In this document: piece after piece, positions 46,120-55,330 of the stretch
Numbering within the stretch: position 1 is the stretch's first letter
How the letters are laid out: each line of letters opens with the position of its first letter
Origin: Candidatus Woesearchaeota archaeon
GTDB taxonomy: Archaea; Nanobdellota; Nanobdellia; Woesearchaeales; SKGA01
Assembly: GCA_016926395.1 (NCBI GenBank)
Contig: JAFGOT010000010.1
Coordinates: 4,218-68,217 of the forward strand
Reading direction: 5' to 3'
DNA: 64,000 bases
The notes under the pieces: model-generated
What the model was told of the DNA's origin: nothing
What the model saw: the letters and a program-made list of their open reading frames with translations, nothing else
The model's database searches: none
Made by a program: the position numbers and the translations under genes

Positions 46120-46554
46120 TGTAGGGGTTGTATGTCAGTTCAGGACATATGTCTTAGGAAAGTCCGCCCACCAAGTCATAGGAATTTCAATCTCTGATTG
46201 CTAAAACCAATGACGAGTTGGCTCAATTTACTTGAGAATCATAATATGGTTGGCAACCGTACAGAAAAACACTCCTTTTGGATTATTAGTTTTTGGTATT
46301 GATAAAGAACATTTATCATAACAGAAACCAATGCACAACACAAAAGTAATTTTGTCGTTGATGTATGGAATGATGAGCGCGAAGCACTTGGCGACAAGTT
46401 GTGAGTTAACCCTCGGACGTCTCCAAAAGTGAAGATGAAAAGTGCGTCCCCAATTGGTGCAAGTCTGTATAGGCGCTTAGTAGAATCTGGCAATTTGATA
46501 TCGCACGTGCTTGAAAAGTGGCATTTGTTTGATCATCACAGAAGGCGGCTTATT
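46120..46554 (+). ncRNA. rnpB: RNase P RNA
   Basis: Conserved 'GGAAAGUCCGCCCACC' at the 5' side and 'ACAGAAGGCGGCUUA' at the 3' side form P4 (AAG-U-CCGCC / GGCGG-CUU) with the bulged U. The 11-bp terminal P1 is UGUAGGGGUUG (46120-46130) paired with CAAUCUCUACA (46544-46554). An oligo-T run follows directly. Confidence 0.85.
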
Positions 46555-46567
46555 CAATCTCTACAAT

Positions 46568-48664
46568 TTATTTTTTAATAACTTCTAAGTCTTCAGAACC
46601 TTTTTTTCTAGATTCTTCAAATTTCGAAAATCCAACCACTAATCCACCAATTAAAGGAATGAACAATAAAGGCAAAAGCGTTCTCCAGTCAAAATCAGGT
46701 TTTACATCATCTGATAAAAGAATGGTGTTCCCTGTTAGACTAACATTTTTCTCAACTCTATAAGAAAGTTCCACAGGTTCGTCAACGTTTTCTAAATGCC
46801 ACATTATAACAGGATCGTCTTCCAATATTATAGGTTGTATGCTATAAATTAAATCTTGAGCACTCAAAGCTACTTCTTTTGGAATTACTTCAACAACATC
46901 TATACTGGTTTGATTTTGAATTGGCTCTACACGTATAACCACTTTTGTTGAGATATCTTCTTGAGTTTTTTCTGATTTTTTTTCTTCTTGTTCATAAACT
47001 ACTTTTTTCTGAATACGGACTTTTTCATTTGCTTTCTCTTGCTGTTGGTTTATGTTTGTTTTTAGAACTTTTTCTCTTTGGAGTATTTTTGTTAAGTCAT
47101 CTCTTGATTGGTTTGTTAAATTTACACTTGGTGTTTCTATTTTTGATTCTGTTATTTGCGTAAAATTTCGTGGTTCATTTGTTTCAATTCGTATGATTTT
47201 TTCTGGTTGTTTAGCTACTAGCTGTGTTGCTTTTTCAGGAATTTTAACTTTTTCTTTCAAGGTATCACCAAATCGTTCAACAGAATACTTTGAAAGGTTT
47301 GTTTTGTTAGCTAACGTTTTTTCTTGAGTAGGTAATTGTTTTATTAAATATAACGTGCTATTATCGTCAGTTATTTTAACAGGAGTTGAAATAATTGTAG
47401 AATTTTGAGTTGTGTTATTGGTTATGTTTTCAAAAGTTAAATCATCGTTTGTTGTATTAATTGTAGAGTCATCGTCTTGTGTCTCGTTCGTTATATTAGT
47501 AGTTGAATTAATTTCAGTTGGATTTATTGTTGTGTTAACAACGCAAACACCATTACAAATAAAATCTTCTTTACAATAATACATTTGATTATCGCAAAAT
47601 TCTCCAGCACCAACAATCACCGGTTGAGAGTTGGTAAGGCTTAACTCGCAAACACCATTTAAGCATGCTAAGTTATCACCATCACATTTATAATTCTGGT
47701 TATTACAATATTCTCCAAGACCCACATAAAAAATATTATCAACTAAATTTTTACAAATATAATCAGCGCCACATTCCAAACCAATCGCACAAACTTCATA
47801 TTCTTCGTAACAAGATTCTCCATCGTTTTTTGTTATTAGTATATGTTTACAGATATTATCCCTACAAATATACCCTGATTCACAAGGCAGACTTGTTGAT
47901 GAGCATGCCAAACCTGCAAGAATGTATTTTGTTTTACAAACATTATTCATACACACTTGATTAATAGCACACGAGGGACTGCAATAATCTAAAGGATAAA
48001 CTTTCACTCCAAAAGTATTTATTTTTTCTCCTGAGAGGTACAAATTAAACAAAGTATCCTTTTGTATTGAACAATGAAAAATTTGCTCTTGAGTAATTTC
48101 ATCAATATTATTTGTTTCAAAAGAACAAGCAGGATCTAAAGATAGTTCTCGTAACTCATCAGATACTTGTCTTGTTTGAATGTTAAACTCTTTCCCTATA
48201 AAAACATATTCAGGGCTGTTTGTATCAACGGTTGTTTTTAGTGTCGTTTCAACAATTTGAACAGTAAAATGTATTATTTCTCCATTTATATTTCGAAGAC
48301 CTATCTGCGAGTCTTCATTCAGATTTATTGCCCACCTAGCAACCACTCCATCCGCAGAGACGGCCATGGATTCAGGAGAATATGTCTTTCCATCTAAAGA
48401 TGCAAGTTCAAAGTTATTTTTTGCACTTGCTCTTGGAGCAGATAAAGAAACTGTCAAAACATCCCCTTCGTTAAGAACTGTTAAATAAGTTAGAGTTAAT
48501 TCGTTTTGACCAATAACCGGATCAATATATTTTACTACACTTTGCGTATAACCTTCAGTCTTTGTCGGGTTAGAATTAACAGTTATCAGTGCATTGACTA
48601 AAAACAATGTAAGTAGAAAAAAAAGTATAAAAAATAAAAATATAAAACTTTTTTTACGATTCAT
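46568..48664 (-). CDS. C-terminally anchored surface protein with Cys-rich modules and an N-glycosylation-sequon-rich linker
   Basis: 698-aa ORF. It has an N-terminal signal/TM, five Cys-rich modules, and an Asn/Thr-rich tract ('NTTINPTEINSTTNITNETQ...NITNNTTQNSTI'). The C-terminal module 'IQPIILEDDPVIMWHLE...LTGNTILL' is followed by a TM helix and a basic tail. Confidence 0.65.
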   Translation of the reverse strand: MNRKKSFIFLFFILFFLLTLFLVNALITVNSNPTKTEGYTQSVVKYIDPVIGQNELTLTYLTVLNEGDVLTVSLSAPRASAKNNFELASLDGKTYSPESMAVSADGVVARWAINLNEDSQIGLRNINGEIIHFTVQIVETTLKTTVDTNSPEYVFIGKEFNIQTRQVSDELRELSLDPACSFETNNIDEITQEQIFHCSIQKDTLFNLYLSGEKINTFGVKVYPLDYCSPSCAINQVCMNNVCKTKYILAGLACSSTSLPCESGYICRDNICKHILITKNDGESCYEEYEVCAIGLECGADYICKNLVDNIFYVGLGEYCNNQNYKCDGDNLACLNGVCELSLTNSQPVIVGAGEFCDNQMYYCKEDFICNGVCVVNTTINPTEINSTTNITNETQDDDSTINTTNDDLTFENITNNTTQNSTIISTPVKITDDNSTLYLIKQLPTQEKTLANKTNLSKYSVERFGDTLKEKVKIPEKATQLVAKQPEKIIRIETNEPRNFTQITESKIETPSVNLTNQSRDDLTKILQREKVLKTNINQQQEKANEKVRIQKKVVYEQEEKKSEKTQEDISTKVVIRVEPIQNQTSIDVVEVIPKEVALSAQDLIYSIQPIILEDDPVIMWHLENVDEPVELSYRVEKNVSLTGNTILLSDDVKPDFDWRTLLPLLFIPLIGGLVVGFSKFEESRKKGSEDLEVIKK
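47543..47983 (-). repeat. five tandem protein-level Cys-rich modules (4 Cys each; C-x3-8-C-x5-7-C-x3-4-C)
   Basis: 'CSPSCAINQVCMNNVC', 'CSSTSLPCESGYICRDNIC', 'CYEEYEVCAIGLECGADYIC', 'CNNQNYKCDGDNLACLNGVC', 'CDNQMYYCKEDFICNGVC' (residues 228-374). Confidence 0.6.
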
Positions 48665-49644
48665 TTTTTCTTCCTAGTATTAATAGTGCCAAAGTAAATT
48701 ATAATCAAAACAACCAAAGGAATTAAGATTAAAGGCATCAATATTTTTTTTAAATCTGTTTTGTCTTGTTCATTAATTGCACCAACTAACAAAATGGTAT
48801 TCCCTGTCAAATCTTCATCTACCAAACCTTCTTTTTCAATTTCATAAGATAATTCATCCGTGTTTGAATCTTCAATGTGCCACATTATTAATGGATCATT
48901 TTCAAGAATGGTTGGTTCAACTGAAAAATGAATTAAAGAAGCGTCTTGTGCAACAGATTTATCAATATTTTCTATAATATATATTTCGTTGTTCTTGGCA
49001 TTATCTAACTTGAAAGTGGTTTTAGATTTTGTTATAATTAAATTTCCTTCATAAGTTAATACTTCTTTCTCGGTCTCTTTTGTTATTTTTGTCGTTTTAG
49101 CATTTTCTATCATTAAAGCAAATTCATCCTCAGATATATCAATTCCTTGTTCTGATAATTTTTCTCGTATTTCAAAAGAGTTTTCTGGTATTTCAATCGT
49201 TAAAGGAATTGTTTTTTCAACAACATTTCTATCCAATAAATCTCTTGCTTTTACATTTAAGGAAAAATTATTTTCGTATTCAATTTGATTATCTGATTTT
49301 ATCGCAAAATCAAGATCTAAACTTTGCGTAGCATATATTGGCCATTCAAATATTAAATAAGATTCATTTCCAGGAGCGTCATCTAAAGCATAAAAGTCTT
49401 TGTCAAGCTCAACACCATCCACGCTTAAAGTCAAATCACCATTAAAACCTGTTTTTGGGAAAAACATCGCGCCAGCCACTATATTGCTCTTTTCTAATGT
49501 GGAATTTGGTATGCTCAAATATAATAAACCTGAATTAACAGATAATAAATCTCCATTTTCTAGGAAAAAATTGTAATCTAACGTTTGAGCCATAACTGCT
49601 GGCGCCAATAGAATAATCATCAATAATACAACTAACCGTCTCAT
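48661..49644 (-). CDS. C-terminally anchored surface protein, paralogous C-terminal module to 46568-48664
   Basis: 327-aa ORF. Signal peptide 'LVVLLMIILLAPAVMA'. 'VEPTILENDPLIMWHIED...LTGNTILL', then a TM helix and 'RKKK'. 4-nt overlap with the downstream gene. Confidence 0.6.
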   Translation of the reverse strand: MRRLVVLLMIILLAPAVMAQTLDYNFFLENGDLLSVNSGLLYLSIPNSTLEKSNIVAGAMFFPKTGFNGDLTLSVDGVELDKDFYALDDAPGNESYLIFEWPIYATQSLDLDFAIKSDNQIEYENNFSLNVKARDLLDRNVVEKTIPLTIEIPENSFEIREKLSEQGIDISEDEFALMIENAKTTKITKETEKEVLTYEGNLIITKSKTTFKLDNAKNNEIYIIENIDKSVAQDASLIHFSVEPTILENDPLIMWHIEDSNTDELSYEIEKEGLVDEDLTGNTILLVGAINEQDKTDLKKILMPLILIPLVVLIIIYFGTINTRKKK

Positions 49645-49728
49645 TGTTATCTATTTGACAAAAAACGATTTATATAGTTTTCGTGTTTGTGAAAGTTTTT
49701 AAATGATAATATACAATATAAGGATATT

Positions 49729-51219
49729 ATGCTAAAAAAGAGGTTTGGTGATTGGAAAGTTGGCATTGAAGAAATTATTCTCTTTTTAATCATCATTCTT
49801 AACGTTTTTGATGCAATAGAACACCTTCCAAGCACATTAGATTACATTAAAAAAATAATTTCTTGGGCTGCTTTAGGATTTATTTTTTACAGAGCCAAAC
49901 CTACGAAAATAATTTTTGGCACATATCAAAAAGGAATAGAAGATATCATGTTAATTTCAGGATATTTTCTAATTTTAATTAAAGATCTTGTTTCGTATGC
50001 AATGAGTTCTGTCAATGATGCTTCAAGCTTTCTTGTGCCTTTTTTTAATGCTTTAATTAAGAACCAAAGCAGTATTGAGATTTTTGGTATTTACGCCGGA
50101 ATGTTGCTTATTTTGGCCGTTAGTATCAACATGATTCTTAAACACCCTATAAGAGGCCCTAGCGTCATGCACATAATTCATGAAGACGGTCCTATTCCAA
50201 ATAACTTCAAAGATTTTTTTCATAGATTATTAACTAGTTTTGCAGTCCTTGTTGCTTTTTATTTGATTGTGTTTAATTTAGTTATGGAGTGGCTCGCTAT
50301 TGCAATTGATGCTCCATTACTTATGATTGCTCTTGGAACATACATTTTTTTTATTATCAAACATCGAGAAAAATTCAATTCTCGTTCTTTTTTATCCAAA
50401 TTTGGTGATTTTGGAAGTTCGTTCTATGAGGATGTAATAAAGCATTTTACGTATAAAAAAACAATTTTAAGGGCTTTATTTGCGATGTTAGTTTTGCATA
50501 TTGCTACTGAATCACTTCATTTTATTTGGCCTTACGTTTTTGGCGTTGCAGATTCTCTTTATTTTGGCCTTTTAAGTTCTCCTCATCTTTCAATGTTTCA
50601 AGTTTTTGCCTTAGACTCCATTGCAACAGATTTCCTTGGAAATGCACTTTTGTTTGTCACAATAGCTGGCAACATAATAGCCATCTTATTCTTGCTTTTA
50701 GCTCCTGGCTATTTGTGGTATTTAATTTACAAAAATAAGAAATTTACTCTTAGTAAAATGCAGATAGGTATTTTAATTTCATCTTTATTAATGTTTATCC
50801 TTTCTCCCGCATTTAAGATTCGACCTTTAACTAACGAAGCGCTTATTGGGGTTAATATTTCAGGTCATTCAATTGTTCAAAACTCAATTATCGGCATTCC
50901 AGCCACTGTTTTAATTGCTTTATCAGTGGGCCTAATTTGTGCACTATTGTCAACAGATATCTCCAAAGAAAAAAAGATTATGAGGCTAATAACGATTGTT
51001 ACTCAGATTTTTTTCACAATATACATTGCTTTGTTTACATATTCAATAAGCAATTATTATATTCAATCGATTATTTATTTAAGTACAATCAAAAAATATG
51101 TTCTTTTGATAATATTTGCATTATTTTTTATTATCACAGTCTTATTTTATTTGTTTGGAACGATTGGATTTATCAAAGATACATCCGCTCACGCTAAAGA
51201 GCATTTGACAGCCAAATAA
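49729..51219 (+). CDS. polytopic membrane protein of unknown function
   Basis: 496-aa ORF with more than 10 hydrophobic segments. No motif recognised. Confidence 0.5.
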   Translation: MLKKRFGDWKVGIEEIILFLIIILNVFDAIEHLPSTLDYIKKIISWAALGFIFYRAKPTKIIFGTYQKGIEDIMLISGYFLILIKDLVSYAMSSVNDASSFLVPFFNALIKNQSSIEIFGIYAGMLLILAVSINMILKHPIRGPSVMHIIHEDGPIPNNFKDFFHRLLTSFAVLVAFYLIVFNLVMEWLAIAIDAPLLMIALGTYIFFIIKHREKFNSRSFLSKFGDFGSSFYEDVIKHFTYKKTILRALFAMLVLHIATESLHFIWPYVFGVADSLYFGLLSSPHLSMFQVFALDSIATDFLGNALLFVTIAGNIIAILFLLLAPGYLWYLIYKNKKFTLSKMQIGILISSLLMFILSPAFKIRPLTNEALIGVNISGHSIVQNSIIGIPATVLIALSVGLICALLSTDISKEKKIMRLITIVTQIFFTIYIALFTYSISNYYIQSIIYLSTIKKYVLLIIFALFFIITVLFYLFGTIGFIKDTSAHAKEHLTAK

Positions 51220-51257
51220 ATAGTTTTTTTAATAAGTAAGTAGTTTTAATAAACAAA

Positions 51258-51890
51258 ATGAACGACCAAGTTAATATAATTGAGCTTAACGATGCTAGTT
51301 CTCTTGCTAAGATTATTTCCAGTAAAACCGCTCAAGAAATCATAAAATTCATTGGAGATAATGAAAAATGCACCGCTACAGATATTAAAGAAAAATTGAA
51401 TCTCCCAGCATCCACCGTCCATTACAACCTTAAAGCATTAATTGATAGCAAAATTATTGATGACTCAGAATTCTCCTACAGTTCTAAAGGAAAACAAGTT
51501 ATTCATTATTCTTTAACAAATAAAATATTGATTATTGTTCCGCAAAAACAAAATATTTCTGCTCAACTAAAAGCATTCATCCCCGGTCTTCTTACAGTAG
51601 GAGGGATTATTGGATTATCATTAATCATAAAACTTTTCAAAAATGGAAGTAGTAAACTAGTTCTTAGCGAATCAAGCAGCGATTTAATGGTTGCAACAAT
51701 GAATGAAGCAGGATTAGCTAAGGCTGCTCCAATGATGGCTGACATGTCCGTCCAGAGTATTACCACTAATTCTGTTCCGTGGTATTTTAGTAGCGAATTT
51801 CTAATTGGACTTATTGTTGCTAGTGCTTGTTTAGTTGGAACATACATGTTGTTTAAGTTCATCCAGAAAAAAAGAAGAACTCATCAATAA
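51258..51890 (+). CDS. ArsR-like winged-helix regulator fused to C-terminal transmembrane segments
   Basis: 210-aa ORF. wHTH region 'TAQEIIKFIGDNEKCTATDIKEKLNLPASTVHYNLKALIDSKII', then TM helices 'FIPGLLTVGGIIGLSLIIKLF' and 'FLIGLIVASACLVGTYMLFKFI'. Confidence 0.6.
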   Translation: MNDQVNIIELNDASSLAKIISSKTAQEIIKFIGDNEKCTATDIKEKLNLPASTVHYNLKALIDSKIIDDSEFSYSSKGKQVIHYSLTNKILIIVPQKQNISAQLKAFIPGLLTVGGIIGLSLIIKLFKNGSSKLVLSESSSDLMVATMNEAGLAKAAPMMADMSVQSITTNSVPWYFSSEFLIGLIVASACLVGTYMLFKFIQKKRRTHQ

Positions 51891-51900
51891 GTGGGAACAT

Positions 51901-51916
51901 CAAATTTATAAACCAA
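51901..51916 (+). promoter_or_regulatory. archaeal TATA promoter for the ABC transporter genes
   Basis: 'CAAATTTATAAACCAA', centred about 28 nt upstream of the ATG at 51936. Confidence 0.45.
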
Positions 51917-51935
51917 TTATTCTCCTTTTACATGT

Positions 51936-52910
51936 ATGCAAGAGCCAGTATTCAAAGTCAGAGGAGTCAGTAAAGCGTTTAATGAACACGTGGTTCTTGA
52001 CAACATTGACTTAGATATTTATTCTGGCGAAATTATTGGCATAATTGGTGCTAGTGGCGCAGGTAAAACCACTTTTCTTAACACCCTAATCGGTTTCTTA
52101 AGACCTGATAAAGGCGACATTCAATTCCGTTTAAATCATCTTCTAGCATATAAAAATTCATATATTTACAGATCCGTTTTCAAAAAGCAATCTCTTGTTA
52201 AACAAGTTTATGGCTTTGCATCACAAGTTCCATCGTTTTATGATGATTTAACTACAAAGGAAAATCTTGAGTATTTTGGTCTTTTATACAATCTTTCAAG
52301 AGACGCGATTAAATCAAATGCAGAAACACTCCTAAACTTAATGGACTTAAAAGATGCATCTAATACTCTTGCAAAAAATCTTTCGGGTGGAATGGAGCGA
52401 CGTCTTGACATCGCCTGTGCTTTAATGCACGACCCAGATGTTCTGATTCTTGACGAACCAACAGCCGATCTTGATCCTATGCTTAGAAATCACATCTGGC
52501 AGCTAGTTAGAAAAATCAATCAAAAAGGAACCACAATAATTTTATCAAGCCACCATTTAAGTGAACTTGAAGCTTTATGTAATAGAGTCGCAATAATAAA
52601 AGACAGTAAAATTCTTGCTGTTGGCAAACCAGAAGAGATAAAAAAACAATTCATGGTTGAAAAGGAAATTATCTTACAAACCAACCCCGGAGATTACAAA
52701 AAAATTGTTAAAGAACTTTCTAAAAAAGATATTTCTAGAATACGAATTTCAAATCACACCCTTCATATTCATTCAAGCAAACCGGAACACGTAATGCTTG
52801 ATGTAATGACTACTCTTAAAAAAAGTAAAGAAGATCTCACATTCATTAATGTTACTAGCGCATCTCTAGATGATGTCTTCATATCTATCTGGGAGGATAA
52901 AGAAGAATGA
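51936..52910 (+). CDS. ABC transporter ATP-binding protein
   Basis: 324-aa ORF. Walker A 'GASGAGKTT', signature 'LSGGMERR', Walker B 'VLILDEPTADLD', H-loop 'SSHH'. Confidence 0.9.
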   Translation: MQEPVFKVRGVSKAFNEHVVLDNIDLDIYSGEIIGIIGASGAGKTTFLNTLIGFLRPDKGDIQFRLNHLLAYKNSYIYRSVFKKQSLVKQVYGFASQVPSFYDDLTTKENLEYFGLLYNLSRDAIKSNAETLLNLMDLKDASNTLAKNLSGGMERRLDIACALMHDPDVLILDEPTADLDPMLRNHIWQLVRKINQKGTTIILSSHHLSELEALCNRVAIIKDSKILAVGKPEEIKKQFMVEKEIILQTNPGDYKKIVKELSKKDISRIRISNHTLHIHSSKPEHVMLDVMTTLKKSKEDLTFINVTSASLDDVFISIWEDKEE

Positions 52911-54910
52911 AATTTTTTAGGACCATAGCAAAAAATTTCAGAGTTTTATTCAGACTCAAAACCGCTTTAGTTGCAATAGTTTTTGGTCCTTTATTTGTTA
53001 TATTCTTAATTGGATTTGCATTTAACTCATCTAACGCAATTCAGTTAACAGTTGGTTATCATGCTCCAGATAACAGTCAATTAACAACCGATTTTATCTC
53101 CTCTTTAGATAATAAATACACAACCAAGAGTTTTGAAATTGAACGTGATTGTCTTAAAGAACTAGAACATGGTTTAGTTCACACATGTATATTCTTTCCA
53201 CCTAATTTCGAAATCACACAAGGAAAAGAAAACAATGTAACCTTCGTTGTCGATAAGTCAAGAGTTAATCTTGCATATACAGTTATTGAAGGTGTTTCAG
53301 AACAAATCGGCATTAAAACGGATGAATTAAGTAAAAGCCTTACTGAAACCCTTACATCAACTTTGACAAAAACTGGCACTGTTGTTGATAGCACCATTGG
53401 TTCTCTTATTAAAATTAAAAAGGATATGAATGATAATGTCAATGATGCTAAAGTTATTAGTGATGATTTAAATGAAATAAAACTTGAAGTTAAAGATTTC
53501 TCATTTACAGGAACTTCAGAAATAGCCTCCATAGATAATAGTTTAGACGATATTCAAGATGAAGTCGAAACAGTTCTTAAAGAAATAAACACCACCATAA
53601 ATTCATTAAACACGACAGATTCAAAATCAGGAATAATTTCTGCAATAAATGATCTAAATGAATTTGTGTTTACAGAATATAATGATTCCACAACACGTCT
53701 TTCTAATTTAACAACCAAAATATCTGCTGTTCAAACAGAGTTAAATACTGTTGAAGACCAAATTAAAACAGCTAAAGAAAACACAGACAATAGTCGTGAG
53801 AAAATAGATGCTCTTAGAACACGCCTTAATAGTATTAATTCAGAAGTTGATGGAGTAAAGTCAAACCTTGAATCTCTTTCAAGAGATGTTAGTTCTATTG
53901 AAATAACTTCAAGTGATCAAATTGTTAATCCTATCAACACAAAAATTGAAACTATAAGTTCAGATAATAACCAACTTATTTCTCTTCTTCCATATCTTTT
54001 AATGTTGATAATTATGTTTGTTGGTTTAATGCTTGCTAGCACATTGGTTGTTGTTGAAAAGTCAAGTAGGGCTTCATTTAGAGTATTTACGACTCCTACA
54101 AAAGATGAATTTTTTATCCTTACAACTTTTGTTACTGCATTTATCATAGTTATTGCGCAGTTAGCAATTATTCTTCTAGCAGTTTCTTATTTCTTAATTG
54201 ATGTTTTCACTGCAAACATTGGACTTAACATATTGATTCTTGTTCTTGCAACAAGTATATTCATCATGCTTGGTATGGCTATTGGTTATCTAATAAAATC
54301 ACAACAAGGAGCAAATATGACAAGCATAAGCATAGGTGCTCTTCTTTTGATGCTTTCCAACTTTGTCCTTCCTGTAGAAAGTATTGTTCCTGGACTTAGG
54401 TTTATTGCAGAATATAATCCGTATGTTCTTGCTTCAGAAACATTTAGACGAGCAACAATATTTTCTATGCCTCTTAATGAAATGCTTTTTGAAATAGGCG
54501 TTCTGTTTGCTTTCACAGTAGTTATTTTCATACTAATAGTTATATTCCAAAAACTTGCTAAAGCACGTTATTTCAACAAAAATCAACATGCAAAAGCTAA
54601 AAAAATAGAAGAGAAAAAAGGTCTTTGGATAAAAAACGTTCTTGTAAATAATGAACTTGAATTTATAGAAGAAGTTAATAAATTAAGTAAAGAGGGGTAT
54701 CATCAATTTATTAGAAAGAATAGTATTAAAGTAGGAAAATTCATTAAAAAAGAACTTAACAAACCTCAGATTGCAAAGAGAGTTCGAAAGTTAAGTCAGA
54801 AAGAATTGTTAAATGTTATTGTAAAAGATAAACAAGATATTCTAGCAGAAATTAAAAAGAAACACGAACAACGTATGAAAGAACAAAAATCAAATTATCA
54901 TAAAGATTAA
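52907..54910 (+). CDS. ABC-2-type transporter permease with large coiled-coil ectodomain and basic C-terminal tail
   Basis: 667-aa ORF. An N-terminal TM is followed by about 330 aa of hydrophilic, heptad-rich sequence, then 5-6 TM segments, then a Lys-rich tail. 4-nt overlap with the ATPase gene. Confidence 0.7.
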   Translation: MKFFRTIAKNFRVLFRLKTALVAIVFGPLFVIFLIGFAFNSSNAIQLTVGYHAPDNSQLTTDFISSLDNKYTTKSFEIERDCLKELEHGLVHTCIFFPPNFEITQGKENNVTFVVDKSRVNLAYTVIEGVSEQIGIKTDELSKSLTETLTSTLTKTGTVVDSTIGSLIKIKKDMNDNVNDAKVISDDLNEIKLEVKDFSFTGTSEIASIDNSLDDIQDEVETVLKEINTTINSLNTTDSKSGIISAINDLNEFVFTEYNDSTTRLSNLTTKISAVQTELNTVEDQIKTAKENTDNSREKIDALRTRLNSINSEVDGVKSNLESLSRDVSSIEITSSDQIVNPINTKIETISSDNNQLISLLPYLLMLIIMFVGLMLASTLVVVEKSSRASFRVFTTPTKDEFFILTTFVTAFIIVIAQLAIILLAVSYFLIDVFTANIGLNILILVLATSIFIMLGMAIGYLIKSQQGANMTSISIGALLLMLSNFVLPVESIVPGLRFIAEYNPYVLASETFRRATIFSMPLNEMLFEIGVLFAFTVVIFILIVIFQKLAKARYFNKNQHAKAKKIEEKKGLWIKNVLVNNELEFIEEVNKLSKEGYHQFIRKNSIKVGKFIKKELNKPQIAKRVRKLSQKELLNVIVKDKQDILAEIKKKHEQRMKEQKSNYHKD

Positions 54911-55330
54911 ACTTGCAACTAACAATACTAAATAAAAAACGTGTTCTGTAATGCTCCCAACTTTTATAGGTCCTTGTATTTTAAATCCAAGAATATGAAT
55001 TCCTTCTTTAGTTATTGCATCCATAACTATGTGAAGGGTAAATCCAGATGCAAAAACAATCCCTGCTATTGGTTTAAATAATAATCCTAAGAGTAAAGAA
55101 AATAAAACTAAAGCAAATATGGAGTGAAAGAAACCTCTGTGTTTAAAGATAAAGGAAATTATTTTTATTTTTCGTCCTAAAATTGATCTGGCACTATCTA
55201 CATCAGGAAATAAAGAACCTATTACAAAAAGAAATAACAAGAATACATTTGTAATACTATCATAAGAATAAATTGAAAAAAATAAAACAGCCAAAAATAC
55301 CGCTGCGGCTAAATGTGTTCTTCCAAGCAT
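54890..55330 (-). CDS. membrane-bound metal-dependent hydrolase (YdjM/DUF457 family)
   Basis: 146-aa ORF with 'GRTHLAAAVF', 'LFPDVDS', 'HRGFFHS', 'HIVMDAITKEG'. Its 3' end overlaps the convergent permease gene by 21 nt. Confidence 0.65.
   Translation of the reverse strand: MLGRTHLAAAVFLAVLFFSIYSYDSITNVFLLFLFVIGSLFPDVDSARSILGRKIKIISFIFKHRGFFHSIFALVLFSLLLGLLFKPIAGIVFASGFTLHIVMDAITKEGIHILGFKIQGPIKVGSITEHVFYLVLLVASLIFMII

Noticed and set aside
46239-46493. 84-aa minus-strand ORF in the ORF track
   Set aside because: It lies entirely inside the plus-strand RNase P RNA (conserved P4/P1 elements flank it). It has no SD or promoter, and its sequence looks non-protein-like.
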